DNA of 64,000 nt, from assembly GCA_963422735.1 (NCBI GenBank), contig OY730476.1:96001-160000 (forward strand), written 5' to 3'. Below the pieces are notes generated by a model, which ran no database searches, was not told where the DNA came from, and saw nothing but the letters and a program-made list of their open reading frames with translations. A program made the position numbers and the translations under genes. This document shows, piece by piece, positions 19,808 to 29,565 of the stretch (position 1 is the first letter of the stretch; each line of letters starts with the position of its first letter). This DNA is from Candidatus Latescibacterota bacterium. GTDB lineage: Bacteria; Latescibacterota; UBA2968; UBA8231.

Positions 19808-19842
19808 GAGGCGGTGCCCGGCGTGGCATCGCCTCTTTTTTT
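19808..19842 (+). terminator. intrinsic terminator after rplC
   Basis: GAGGCGGTGCC...GGCATCGCCTC stem followed by a T7 tract. Confidence 0.8.
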
Positions 19843-20218
19843 ATCCGGGCGGCCACTGCATGGGGCGGCCGCCGAGCAGGTGGACGTGGAGGTGGGCGAC
19901 CGTTTGCCCCCCGTCGTCGCCGGCGTTGATGACCAGGCGGTAACCCGCTGCGGCTAGGCCCTGTTCTGCGGCGATCTGACTGGCTTTGAGCAGCAGGTGG
20001 CCGAGCAGGGGGCCGTGCTCGGGAGCGGCGTGTTGCACGCCGGCGATGACTTCCTTGGGTATGACGAGGATGTGCGTCGGGGCTTGGGGCTGGATGTCGC
20101 GAAAGGCCAAACAGTCGTCGTCTTGATAGACGATGTCGGCGGGAATTTCGCGGCGGATGATTTTGCTAAAAATGGTTTCACTGCCTGAAGGCAGCGGGAA
20201 AAGCGTTTCCTCGCTCAT
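19841..20218 (-). CDS. HIT family nucleotide-binding protein
   Basis: TIFSKII, AFRDIQPQAPTHILVIPK, GQTVAHLHVHLLGGR, WPPG. Confidence 0.95.
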   Translation of the reverse strand: MSEETLFPLPSGSETIFSKIIRREIPADIVYQDDDCLAFRDIQPQAPTHILVIPKEVIAGVQHAAPEHGPLLGHLLLKASQIAAEQGLAAAGYRLVINAGDDGGQTVAHLHVHLLGGRPMQWPPG

Positions 20219-20308
20219 TGACCTTTCTCGCATGGCTTAGGGGCTTGATTGCGGCGGATTATAGGCGCGGCGGCTGGAGACGTCAAGGGGCCGCCGCGAT
20301 TGCGATAT

Positions 20309-21025
20309 ATGGATTTGAGCATCGTCATACCCGCGTACAACGAAGAGAAGCGGATTCTCATCGCCTTGGAGCAGACGCTCGCGTTGCTGCGGCAGCGGCC
20401 GTGGTCCTATGAATTGCTGGCCGTAGATGACGGCAGCACCGACCACACGGCCTCCTGCATTGCGGAGTATGCCCGCGCGCATCCGCAAGTCCGCTGCGTG
20501 CAAAATGACCGCAACCGCGGCAAGGGCTATTCCGTGCAGCGCGGCGTGGCCGAGGCCGAGGGACGCTACATCGGCTTTATGGACGGCGACTACAAGACCG
20601 ACATCGCCGCGCTCGACCAAGTGATGCCCCTATTGGCAGCCGGGTGGGATGGGGTGATCGGCGACCGGACGCTGCGTGCAACCGAATTCGTCGTCGCGCG
20701 CCGGCGCTATCGACAGTGGGGGACCGAGGCGTTTGGCTGGCTCTTGCGCATGCTGATGGGCTTGGGCGAGTTCGGCGATACCCAGTGCGGATTCAAGTTT
20801 TTTCAGGCCGCGGTAGTGCGCGATCTCTGCGCTCGGCAGCAGATCGCCGGTTTCATGTTCGACGTGGAGCTGTTGCTGCTGGCGCGCCAATTGGGCTACC
20901 GCATTGCAAAGATTCCCGTGAAGTGGCGTTTCGACCCGGACAGCCGCTTTAACCCAGTGGTCGGGACGCTTGCCAATCTCAAGGATTTGGTGCGCATCCG
21001 CGGGGTGCATCGCCGCCGGTCTTGA
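20309..21025 (+). CDS. glycosyltransferase family 2 (polyprenyl-phosphate glycosyltransferase-like)
   Basis: SIVIPAYNE, DDGSTD, NRGKG, FMDGD, DTQCGFK, FDVELL. Confidence 0.9.
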   Translation: MDLSIVIPAYNEEKRILIALEQTLALLRQRPWSYELLAVDDGSTDHTASCIAEYARAHPQVRCVQNDRNRGKGYSVQRGVAEAEGRYIGFMDGDYKTDIAALDQVMPLLAAGWDGVIGDRTLRATEFVVARRRYRQWGTEAFGWLLRMLMGLGEFGDTQCGFKFFQAAVVRDLCARQQIAGFMFDVELLLLARQLGYRIAKIPVKWRFDPDSRFNPVVGTLANLKDLVRIRGVHRRRS

Positions 21026-21029
21026 GCAG

Positions 21030-21122
21030 CAGTGGTTAGTGGTCAGTGGTCAGTGGTTAGTCCCCGCACCACCGGGCTGGGGAGGTTGGGACTGGTCGCT
21101 GATCACTAACCACTGACCACTG
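21030..21122. repeat. 35-bp imperfect inverted repeat built from YAGTGGT heptamers
   Basis: left arm 21030-21064, right arm 21088-21122, 23-nt spacer, located between convergent genes. Confidence 0.85.
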
Positions 21123-21124
21123 TT

Positions 21125-23422
21125 TTAGCTGTCGTCGATCTGGCGGATCAAGGCGGCTAGGCGCGCAAGGCACACGGTGAGAAAAATCTCTTGGGCAACG
21201 GGCGACTCTTGCCGCACCGGACTGTTGATGAAGCGGCCGATCGCAATGAGGACCACGTACACCGAGAGCACATCGTATGCTTGGTCGCCGGTAGCAGATA
21301 GTCCGTCGCGCACGGCGCGCACGACCTGCCGCATAGTCTCGACTAGCGCCTCGGCCTTTTCATCTTCATAAGCGACGACCACCTCCCGGCACAGGGTCTT
21401 TAACTGCGTGTGGTATGCCGCGTCAATGCAGCGGGCCGCGCTCAAGGAGTCCGTTGCCCGGCGCAGCAGGCGGGTGATGGCGGCGACGCGGTCGGTATCC
21501 TCGCGCGAGAGCAAGCGGTAGAATAGGTCTCTGGCACCTAGCGCACGGCAGACCCCGTTGAGTAGCTGCAAGCGCACGGCCGGGGAAAGAAAATCGGTCA
21601 GGCGACCTAGCGCGGGTCTGACGATGCGGCGGTCTTGGCGCTCGCCGAGAACGTCGACTAGCGTCGGGAAAGTCAGGGGGTCGAAATCGCCGCCAAAGTG
21701 CCAGAATAATAGCTCGTGGACTTCGTCGCCGCGGATGCTGGCTAGCCCGCGGATGGCGCTGATGCGCACCCGGGGATCGGCGGCGTTCAGCGCATTGACC
21801 AGCGGATCGATACTGGTCGGATATCCCAAGCGGCCCAGGGCCTCGGCGGCTTCGCTGCGGATGTCTGAGGCCCCGTCGAGCAACTCGCGCACTAAGGGTT
21901 CGGCCGCGCTTTCCGACCGGCTCTCGCCCAAGGCGCGGGCCGCGGCGCGGCGCACCCGGGGGCTGGCGTCGGCCAGAGCTTGGACCAATTGTTCAATGGC
22001 GAGGGGGTTGCCCGAACGGCCTAGGGCCTCGGCGGCGCGCTCTCTGGTTCCCTCGGCAGTGGCCAGGCTGAAGATGGTGGCGTTATAGGCGTAGCTGAGG
22101 ACATTGCCGCGCAGCATCCGCGAGAGCAGGCTGCGCGAAGTTGTGCTCCGTGCGTCCTTGACGGTGCGGAGAATGAACAAGGGAGCTAGCCGGATCAAGG
22201 TGCTGAGGGCAAAGACGACCTGCAATTCGCCCATGGACACGCCGAACACGGAAAAGCGCAAGCCCTCTAGTTGGGCGACGAGCAGGCCGCCCAACAAGGG
22301 GCCGAGCGCACCCATTAAATTGACCGTCACCGACCAAGTTGCCAAGTACATCGTGCGCCTCTCGCCTTGGGGCAACAGGCCGTAGAGCAGCGGGTTGATG
22401 CCCACTCCGATCCCGGAGAATAGAATGCCGCTCAGGATTAAGGCTACGGGTACTAGGGGGTAGGCCCCCGGCTGGTTGAAGGCCCAGACAAGAGGCAAGA
22501 ACGCGGCCGGCGTCATCAGGATTTGCAGTACGGGTCTGGAGCCGAAGCGGTCAATGAGGCCGGCCCAGAGCCGATAGCCAGCGATGCTGGTCAGCATGAA
22601 CAGGGCGTTGAAAATCGAGACCTCGGTATAGGAGATCTGCAGGCGGTCGAGCATAAAGACGCTGTAGAGCGGCCCGGCTAGCCCAACGCCCAAGGTCCAC
22701 AGGCCAAAAAAGAGGGCCGCGCGGCGGAAGTTCGCGTCGTGGAAGGGCAGCAAGAGGTCGCGCAAGCGCGTGCTTTGTTCGTCGGTGGCGGCCGTCTGTT
22801 GGGGAAAGGGGGCACGGCGGAGATTTAAGTAGCCCAAGAGTCCGAAGAGTGTCCCGGCCGCAAAGACCCAGACAAAGCCGCCTCCGCCGGGGAAAAGGTC
22901 GAGGAATTGGCCGATCGCGAAACCGGCAATTATAGCCACTAAGGTGCTGACAATGGTCTGGCGGCTGGCAAAGCGCGCGCGGATATTCTCCGGCACGGCG
23001 TTGGCGATCCAAGTGCTGTAAAAGGGCGAAATCGCATAGCCGCTGAACAAACTGAGGCCGACCATGGCCACCAAGGCCGCGAGCCGGTACTGCTCTGGGA
23101 CGAGGAAGGGGATGATCAGCGGCAGCCCGCGAAAGGCGATTTCCACGTAGCCGCCGGCGACGACAAAGCGCTTCTTGTCGCGGACGCGGGTGCTCAACAG
23201 GGGAGCGAGCAATTGCGTCAAAGCGAGGAAATACGCAGCCGAGGTGAAGAGGGCGATAAAGGTGCCGTCGGCACCTAAGTACAGGGCGAAGCCGGTAAAG
23301 GCCGCCGTCCCCAGCCCACAGGCTTGCCCCCAAGCGCCCCACAAGCCGCTGGCGACGACGAAGGACCGGAGGGCGCGATGCACTTGGCCGCGCGAGAGAG
23401 AAGGTGCATTTTCCTTTTCCAT
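21125..23422 (-). CDS. MFS transporter fused to HEAT repeats
   Basis: about 12 hydrophobic helices with LIDRFGSRP, then RERAAEALG, VRRAAARALG, IRSEAAEALG. Confidence 0.85.
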   Translation of the reverse strand: MEKENAPSLSRGQVHRALRSFVVASGLWGAWGQACGLGTAAFTGFALYLGADGTFIALFTSAAYFLALTQLLAPLLSTRVRDKKRFVVAGGYVEIAFRGLPLIIPFLVPEQYRLAALVAMVGLSLFSGYAISPFYSTWIANAVPENIRARFASRQTIVSTLVAIIAGFAIGQFLDLFPGGGGFVWVFAAGTLFGLLGYLNLRRAPFPQQTAATDEQSTRLRDLLLPFHDANFRRAALFFGLWTLGVGLAGPLYSVFMLDRLQISYTEVSIFNALFMLTSIAGYRLWAGLIDRFGSRPVLQILMTPAAFLPLVWAFNQPGAYPLVPVALILSGILFSGIGVGINPLLYGLLPQGERRTMYLATWSVTVNLMGALGPLLGGLLVAQLEGLRFSVFGVSMGELQVVFALSTLIRLAPLFILRTVKDARSTTSRSLLSRMLRGNVLSYAYNATIFSLATAEGTRERAAEALGRSGNPLAIEQLVQALADASPRVRRAAARALGESRSESAAEPLVRELLDGASDIRSEAAEALGRLGYPTSIDPLVNALNAADPRVRISAIRGLASIRGDEVHELLFWHFGGDFDPLTFPTLVDVLGERQDRRIVRPALGRLTDFLSPAVRLQLLNGVCRALGARDLFYRLLSREDTDRVAAITRLLRRATDSLSAARCIDAAYHTQLKTLCREVVVAYEDEKAEALVETMRQVVRAVRDGLSATGDQAYDVLSVYVVLIAIGRFINSPVRQESPVAQEIFLTVCLARLAALIRQIDDS

Positions 23423-23522
23423 AGTGAAAAAATATCGTTGCGATGTCAGAAAAGGGCAACGAATGTTGCCCGTAGCTGTCTGTTTGGCTTTGAGTTAGCC
23501 CACACGACAAAGGAGGTGGATT

Positions 23523-24329
23523 ATGGCACTCAAGATGGGATACGCAACCCTGCGCTGGCGGCAGCCGGATTTGGCCAAGGCCCTGCCCGAACTCAAAAAG
23601 GCCGGTTGGGACGGCTGGGAGGGGCGGTTGCCTCTCGACTGGTTGGGGCCGCCGAAGCGGCTGAAGCAAGTGTGCGAAGACGCGGATATGCCGCTGTGTG
23701 TATTTACGGCTAGCGGATCGCCCGAAGATCGCGACTGGGAGCACACCGAGCGCAACAAGCGGCGGATGGATTTCGCCGCCGAGATGGGCGTGGATTGCTT
23801 TATGTTTATGAGTGGCCGCAAGCCGGAGGGGCGGCCGGTGGAACGCGCCGATATCGAGCGGGCGGCCGAGGGGGCCGAGCAGTGGGCCGAGTACGCGGCC
23901 CAGTACGGGCTGGAGCTAAGCTACCACATCCACACCAACTTGCTGGTGGATTCGACCGAGGACTGGCGGCTGTACATGAGCTTGCTGGACAAGGCGCGGC
24001 TGTGCATCGATGTCTCGCACGCCGAGCTGTGGTGCTACGACCCAGTGCAGTCGCTGATCGACTTTTGGCACCAGCTCAACTACGTCCACCTACAGGACTA
24101 TGCGTCTTGCACAGTGCGCGAGCCGGGGCGCTACAATCCCGAGTGGGTTTCAGTCGGCGAGGGCGAGTGCCTCGACTTTGCCGGGGTGCTCAACGCGCTC
24201 GCCGAGCGGGGCTTTGATCGCTGGGTGACTAGTTGTCCGGGCGAGCCGGCTTACGAGGGCGAGGACGCAGTCAGCGAGGCGCAGCGGAGTGCGGGGATGC
24301 GCCAGTATTTGCGCGGGTTGGGGTACTAG
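23523..24329 (+). CDS. sugar phosphate isomerase/epimerase (AP endonuclease 2 TIM barrel)
   Basis: AGWDGWE, LSYHIH, CIDVSH, YVHLQD, VGEG.LDF; AAGGAGG RBS. Confidence 0.8.
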   Translation: MALKMGYATLRWRQPDLAKALPELKKAGWDGWEGRLPLDWLGPPKRLKQVCEDADMPLCVFTASGSPEDRDWEHTERNKRRMDFAAEMGVDCFMFMSGRKPEGRPVERADIERAAEGAEQWAEYAAQYGLELSYHIHTNLLVDSTEDWRLYMSLLDKARLCIDVSHAELWCYDPVQSLIDFWHQLNYVHLQDYASCTVREPGRYNPEWVSVGEGECLDFAGVLNALAERGFDRWVTSCPGEPAYEGEDAVSEAQRSAGMRQYLRGLGY

Positions 24330-26575
24330 CGCGCTTTGAACAGGTGCCGCAGCTGGTCGGCTAGCTCTTTGGTCTTTTCCAACGTCTGTTGCTGCATGCG
24401 GTATTGCCGCTTTAGGCGCTGGTAGTGTGTGTACTCGGCATCGGCGCGTTCGCGCTGACCCGTTTTGAGCAGGAGATGGGATAGGGAGCGACGGGCTTGG
24501 AGATCGCCGGGATAGTGTTGCAAGATGCGCTCAAAGCGCTGGAGGGCTTGGCGGTACTGACCTTGGTTGGCCTCTAAGGTGCCCATGCTGCGCAAGGCGT
24601 GCGCGTTGTCGGGATCGAGTACCAGCGCTGCGAGCAAATGGCCTTTGGCGGTTTTCTCGTCCCCCCGCTTTAGCAGCAGATCGGCTAAATGGCACAATCC
24701 GGCGAGATGATTGGGTTGATAGGCTAGTAGCTGCTGATAGGCTTGTTCGGCGTGCTCGGGCTGGCCTTGGTCTTCGTATAGCTGACCTAGCAGGTAGTGA
24801 GCCGATTGGGAGCCTAGTTCGAGTGCTCGGAGATAGGCTGCTTCGGTTTGGGCCAATCGCCCGGCAGCAGCTTCGGCTCGACCGAGGCGGAGGTACAGAT
24901 AGGCTTGATCTGGTTGCCGCACTAGGAGCTTTTGGTACTCGACCGCCGATTCTTGGGGCTGGCCCCGCAGCCGGAGAAAATCCGCTAGCTGGAGGCGGAC
25001 GTCGTCTTGGTCGGGATAGTGGTCGAGGAATTGCCGCCATGTGTGGGCGGCATCATCGTAGCGCTGGGTCGCCCCGTACATATTGGCTAGTCCCAGCAGG
25101 GCGTGGCGGTGGGACGGGGCTAGTTCGACGGCGCGGCGGTAGTGCTGCAAGGCGTTGGTTTTCATGCCTTCGCTCTCATAGACAGCGGCCAGCGAGTAGT
25201 GGTGGAAGGCGGCCACGTGTGGGCTGGTCGCCGCGGTCCCGGCGTTGGTGCCCAACAGCAGCAAGGCGAGGGCGCCAGCCGACAGATACAAGGGTCTATC
25301 GCGCAAACTAGCCAAGGTGCAAGTGCCATAGGCGGCCAGTAGCAAGAGGCAAGGCACGGCTGGCAAGCGATAGCGGCCCGCGACGAAAAACAACACCACC
25401 GACAGCATATAGACCCCGGCAAAGAGCAAGACGAGATAGGCCGCCGGGGTGCGGCGCTCCGGCTTGAGCAGTACATAGGCCACCCCGAGCAGGGCGAGGG
25501 CCGAGACTAAGCCAAAGGGGAACGCGAGGCCGTACTTCCACAGCAAAAGGCGCAACAGTGGCGAGTACTCAGTCGCGGAGTACGGATCGGTATTGCGGGG
25601 GATCTCGGCCCCGTACCAAAATAGATAGCCCTTGCGCAAGAGTAGGGCCAAATAGGCGCTCGGATCGGTGCTTATATACTGCCAAGCTTTGCCCAAAAGG
25701 TAATTTGAGCCAGCTCTTGGCTGGGTGATGCCGGCCTCGCGTTGAGGCAAGTCAACCACCTCGCTCCACCCCGCTCCGGGTCGCGCCGCTACGGTGTGGT
25801 CGTAGTCCGGGTTGTTGCCGAGGTAGAAATTGACGCCCACGCTGAAGGAGATGAACACCCACTCGCCGCCGACGATGCGGTTGCGCAGAGAAACCGGGCT
25901 TACCACCAGCAGCAGGCCGGCGGCAAAGATCGCCACGTGGAGGGCGCGGCGGCTTAGAACGGGAGCGGGCCACCAGCGATACACCCACCAAGCCGCTACT
26001 GGCGCAAAGAGCAACACATTTGGCACAGCCAAGGTGCCCAGCCCTAGGACGAGGCCGGCGACAAGCGCGGCAAGTGCATCGCCCCGGTGCTGGCCCCACA
26101 ACAAGACCAACAGCAGCACCGCGTTGAAAAGCACGGCCCAAGTTGTGGGCAACAGTTCTCCCTCAAAGTAGAGGAAGGGGCCGTACAGAGCCGCGCCGAG
26201 GGCGGCCGCCCAGCCCACTGACGGAGAAAAGACCTCGCGGCCTAGCTTGAAGACGACCAGGCAAGTGGCCGTGCCGGCTAGGGCTTGGAGCAGACGTGGT
26301 AGGTAGTAGTTTTCGCCAAAAAAAGAAAAAAGAACGGCTAGGAAATAGGGGTAAAAAGGAGCCTGCCAGAACGGCATAGGACGTCCAGCCCAAGTGCCGG
26401 CCGCCAGTTCGCGAGCGTATTCGGTATAGCTTCTGGCATCTACAATAGGCGTATCAAAAAAAGGACTGTCAGTGGCTTGGAATAGGTAACCTAAGCGCAG
26501 GCCTAGGGCCAAGACGGCTAAGGCGGCCAGCTTGGGCCAGTGCAGTGAACGCGCCCTATTTGCCCAAGCCAGCAT
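24326..26575 (-). CDS. GT-C (family 39/PMT-like) membrane glycosyltransferase with C-terminal TPRs
   Basis: DARSY, PFYPYFLA, GVNFYLGNNP, RYRLP in a multi-TM domain, followed by many TPRs. Confidence 0.8.
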   Translation of the reverse strand: MLAWANRARSLHWPKLAALAVLALGLRLGYLFQATDSPFFDTPIVDARSYTEYARELAAGTWAGRPMPFWQAPFYPYFLAVLFSFFGENYYLPRLLQALAGTATCLVVFKLGREVFSPSVGWAAALGAALYGPFLYFEGELLPTTWAVLFNAVLLLVLLWGQHRGDALAALVAGLVLGLGTLAVPNVLLFAPVAAWWVYRWWPAPVLSRRALHVAIFAAGLLLVVSPVSLRNRIVGGEWVFISFSVGVNFYLGNNPDYDHTVAARPGAGWSEVVDLPQREAGITQPRAGSNYLLGKAWQYISTDPSAYLALLLRKGYLFWYGAEIPRNTDPYSATEYSPLLRLLLWKYGLAFPFGLVSALALLGVAYVLLKPERRTPAAYLVLLFAGVYMLSVVLFFVAGRYRLPAVPCLLLLAAYGTCTLASLRDRPLYLSAGALALLLLGTNAGTAATSPHVAAFHHYSLAAVYESEGMKTNALQHYRRAVELAPSHRHALLGLANMYGATQRYDDAAHTWRQFLDHYPDQDDVRLQLADFLRLRGQPQESAVEYQKLLVRQPDQAYLYLRLGRAEAAAGRLAQTEAAYLRALELGSQSAHYLLGQLYEDQGQPEHAEQAYQQLLAYQPNHLAGLCHLADLLLKRGDEKTAKGHLLAALVLDPDNAHALRSMGTLEANQGQYRQALQRFERILQHYPGDLQARRSLSHLLLKTGQRERADAEYTHYQRLKRQYRMQQQTLEKTKELADQLRHLFKAR

Positions 26576-27041
26576 ATAGGGTGATGAAGCCTTGGGTCAG
26601 GATTTCTGATTCGCGTTCGATGCTTTTGAAATTGCGCCAATCTGCTTTGAGACCCACTTGGGCGGATACCTCGTAGCCCAGGTAGGAACTCACATTGGCT
26701 AGCTGCAAGGCCCCGGCGACCCCGGTGAAATCGTTGTTGTCGCGCTTTATATCGTTGGCGAAAGAGTACTCGATCCCGGTTTGAATGCGGGTGTTGTTGA
26801 GGATGGGAAACCCGAGGAGGAACCCCAGTACCTCGGTCAGCACCGTCTCCTCGTCGGCGGTGAACAGCCCCATGGTTTGGCGACGAAATTCGCTTTTCCA
26901 GCGCGCCTCGAGTTGGACGGTACCCAGATCGTAGCGGTAGCTGAGTTTGTTGATGACGCCAAAAAAAGAGTCCGTCTCGCGCAGGGTCGCGTCGTCGCGC
27001 TGATGAAAAAGCTCCAAGTTGAGACCAGTATGCCTCTGCAA
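26556..27041 (-). pseudogene. C-terminal fragment of a beta-strand-rich (outer-membrane-like) protein
   Basis: alternating amphipathic strands ending GFITLYAGLGK; no signal peptide or RBS; stop overlaps the next gene. Confidence 0.5.
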
Positions 27042-27223
27042 GGGACGGCCGCCCGGAGGTTGTGGTGGGATCTGGGGCCACTGCGCTGAGCTAGATAGGC
27101 CAGATAGTCCGGTGGGACCTTTGGTTGCAAGCGATCATCTCCAGCCCGACAGCCCTATTTTCAAGGCTTCGACCTAGGGTCGGTCCCCACCGCTTGCAGG
27201 GCCGAGGCGAGATTGGAGCGGGC

Positions 27224-27568
27224 TTAGCGGTAGGTGGGTTTGGGTTGGAGGGCGCGGCGGTAGTGGTCGATGGCCTCGGCGACCGCGTTTTGGCCGAGGA
27301 GGGCGTTGCCCAGTTTGAGGTAGGTTTCGACGCGGTCCGGCTCGGGTTTTAAGGCGCGGCGGTAGTGGCGCATTGTGGCGGCGGACTCGCCCCGGGCTTG
27401 GTGCGCGTCGGCGAGGGTGAGGTTGTCCTGCACGTAGTCGTCGTCGTCCCAGACAAAACCGCCGTTCATCGCCGGTATATAGGCCACGGCGGTTAGCCCC
27501 ACCAGTAAAAGGGCTAGCACGAGCCGGGTGCGGCGTTCTGATTGAGAGAAAAGTACAGGTGGGCACAT
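27224..27568 (-). pseudogene. internally deleted TMTC-like (GT-C + TPR) gene
   Basis: AYIPAMNGGFVWDDDDYVQDN N-terminal motif joined directly to TPRs (LGNALLGQ..AEAIDHYRRAL). Confidence 0.7.
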
Positions 27569-27624
27569 GGAAGGCTCGGGCGTTGGGTGTATTGCGGCAG
27601 GCGGACTTCCTTATATTAACAAAT

Positions 27625-28770
27625 ATGCACACCTACTTGAAAATAGGTTCCTTTCTGCTGGCGGCCCTCCCGGGGCTACTGGCTTGTGGAGATTCGCACA
27701 CGGCCCCTACGGGAACTATACAGATAGGGGCAGTCGTGGTGTTGACAGCTAAGGTGGATGCTGAAATAGCCGCCATGCTCACCCGGGTTGAAGTGATGGT
27801 CGCCGCAGCCGATATGCCGGTAATGCACCGGACATTAGCCGTGGATGGGGATCGCATCGTCGGTGCAGTCTCCGAGATCCCGGCGGGTGCCGCTAGATTA
27901 TTTACGGTTGTCGGCTACGATGCGGCCGGAGCCTTGGTGGCCAGCGCCTCGGCCAAGCTGGATCTGGCCCCGGGGCAGTCTGTTCCCCTCGGTCTTACCC
28001 TCGTTGTTGAGCCATCGCCCGCCCGCTCGCAGCCCCCGATTATCGTAGAGTTGGCCCCGGGTGTGCCGCTGGACATGGTGTGGATTGAGCCGGGCGTCTT
28101 CACCATGGGCGTGCCGCTGGACGAGCAGGGTCGCAACGACGACGAAGGTCCTCAGCTTGAGGTTCGCCTGACCCAAGGGTTCTACCTAAGCCAGCGCGAA
28201 ATCACCCAGCGCCAGTGGGTGGCTGTGACCGGGGAGCAGCCGTGGAGCCGGCACGCTGGTGATGTGGAAGAGGAACCCGATCGCCCGGTTGTGTACATCT
28301 CTTGGGAAGATGTGCAAGAATTCATAGCCAGCCTCAACGCCGCAGCCGGTGTCCGGGTGTACCGGCTGCCTACCGAGGCCGAGTGGGAGTACGCTGGGCG
28401 GGCGGGCACGAAGACACCGTGGTCTTTTGCCCAAGCCCAAAAGGAACTGGACCTCCACACTTGGTGGACAGACAATGGTTCCCTCACCGGGCGGCTGGCT
28501 GCTCAGCCAGTGAGGTTAAAAGCGCCCAACCCTTGGGGGCTGTACGATATGCACGGCAATGTGTGGGAGTGGGTAGGCGACTGGCTGGGTGCCTACTCGG
28601 GGGGGCCGCAGACCGATCCCCAAGGGCCGACCGAGGGCACGGCTCGGGTGTTTCGCGGCAGCTTTAAAGACGCGGCTTCGCTTTCCCGCTCGGCCCAGCG
28701 CTGCTGGAACGCGCCGGATCAGCGTTTTAGCCACGTTGGGGTTCGGCTAGTGCGGGATTTGGACTCATGA
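27625..28770 (+). CDS. formylglycine-generating enzyme (FGE-sulfatase/SUMF1) domain lipoprotein
   Basis: lipobox LLAC; FTMG, EITQRQW, RLPTEAEWEYA, NPWGLYDMHGNVWEW. Confidence 0.9.
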   Translation: MHTYLKIGSFLLAALPGLLACGDSHTAPTGTIQIGAVVVLTAKVDAEIAAMLTRVEVMVAAADMPVMHRTLAVDGDRIVGAVSEIPAGAARLFTVVGYDAAGALVASASAKLDLAPGQSVPLGLTLVVEPSPARSQPPIIVELAPGVPLDMVWIEPGVFTMGVPLDEQGRNDDEGPQLEVRLTQGFYLSQREITQRQWVAVTGEQPWSRHAGDVEEEPDRPVVYISWEDVQEFIASLNAAAGVRVYRLPTEAEWEYAGRAGTKTPWSFAQAQKELDLHTWWTDNGSLTGRLAAQPVRLKAPNPWGLYDMHGNVWEWVGDWLGAYSGGPQTDPQGPTEGTARVFRGSFKDAASLSRSAQRCWNAPDQRFSHVGVRLVRDLDS

Positions 28771-29156
28771 GCGAAGCTACGCTGACCCAACTCACCGACC
28801 AGATTCGCCGCTTCGTGGAGGAGCGCGACTGGGCGCAATTCCACACCCCCAAGGACTTGGCCATTGGTCTTTCGACTGAAGCGGCCGAAGTTTTGGAGCA
28901 CTTCCGCTTCCGCTCCGACCAAGAGATCGCCAGCCGCTTAGAAGACGAATCCTTCCGCCGGGCTATCGGCCACGAATTGGCCGACGCGCTGTACTTTGTC
29001 CTGCTAATGTGCGACCGCTTCGGCTTGGACGCCGCGCAAATGCTGGAGGAAAAATTGGCCATTTCGGCTCAGCGCTATCCAGTGGAAAAGGCCCGAGGCA
29101 AAAACCTCAAATACACCGCCTACCAAGTTCCCTCAGCGAGCGACCGCACCTCATAA
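28767..29156 (+). CDS. MazG-like nucleotide pyrophosphohydrolase
   Basis: ERDWAQFHTPKDLA, EAAEVLE, ELAD, RYPVEKARG. Confidence 0.9.
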   Translation: MSEATLTQLTDQIRRFVEERDWAQFHTPKDLAIGLSTEAAEVLEHFRFRSDQEIASRLEDESFRRAIGHELADALYFVLLMCDRFGLDAAQMLEEKLAISAQRYPVEKARGKNLKYTAYQVPSASDRTS

Positions 29157-29213
29157 ATAAGCCGGCGAAGCTGTCTTAGTGGGTGGGCGTAAAGCGGCAC
29201 ACACTGTCGAAGG
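29150..29213. repeat. diverged direct repeat copy 1 (displaced PhyH 3' end)
   Basis: 55/64 identical by hand alignment to 31836-31899; minus strand reads FDSVCRFTPTH*. Confidence 0.85.
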
Positions 29214-29565
29214 TCAATGGATCGGTGGATCGCTCCGTCGGCCAGCGAGAACGTACTGATTAACCTCCTCTCTGGAGCTGGATCGCAATTTGAATATAAA
29301 AAAAGAGATCCCTCCAATCTTCCAGCACCCCCTAGAAGCTCGGCTCGGCCCGGCCCGGCCCGGCCGTACCTTATCATGAACTGTGTCTGGTTCAGTGTAT
29401 TCATATTGTCGCCGATACCTTTACACTCGTCGAGTGAATCCAGTATCAACGAAGATTCTATCCTGCTTTTTGTCGCCGAACAGCTATCATTGAGCGTCGG
29501 TCGCGTCCGTTGCATATTCGTGTGGGACATCAATATAGCACCTTTTTGCCATGGAAAGACCCCGG

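Noticed and set aside
21030-21122. CRISPR array
   Set aside because: The units are 7-mers without spacers, arranged as an inverted repeat; no cas genes are present and no repeat-spacer array was seen anywhere in the window.
28600-28770. FGE/C-lectin C-terminus as a diversity-generating retroelement target
   Set aside because: No reverse transcriptase and no adenine-variant template repeat were seen in the window.
29338-29366. (CGGCY)n microsatellite as a phase-variation switch
   Set aside because: Only about 5 units, not within a credible gene or promoter.
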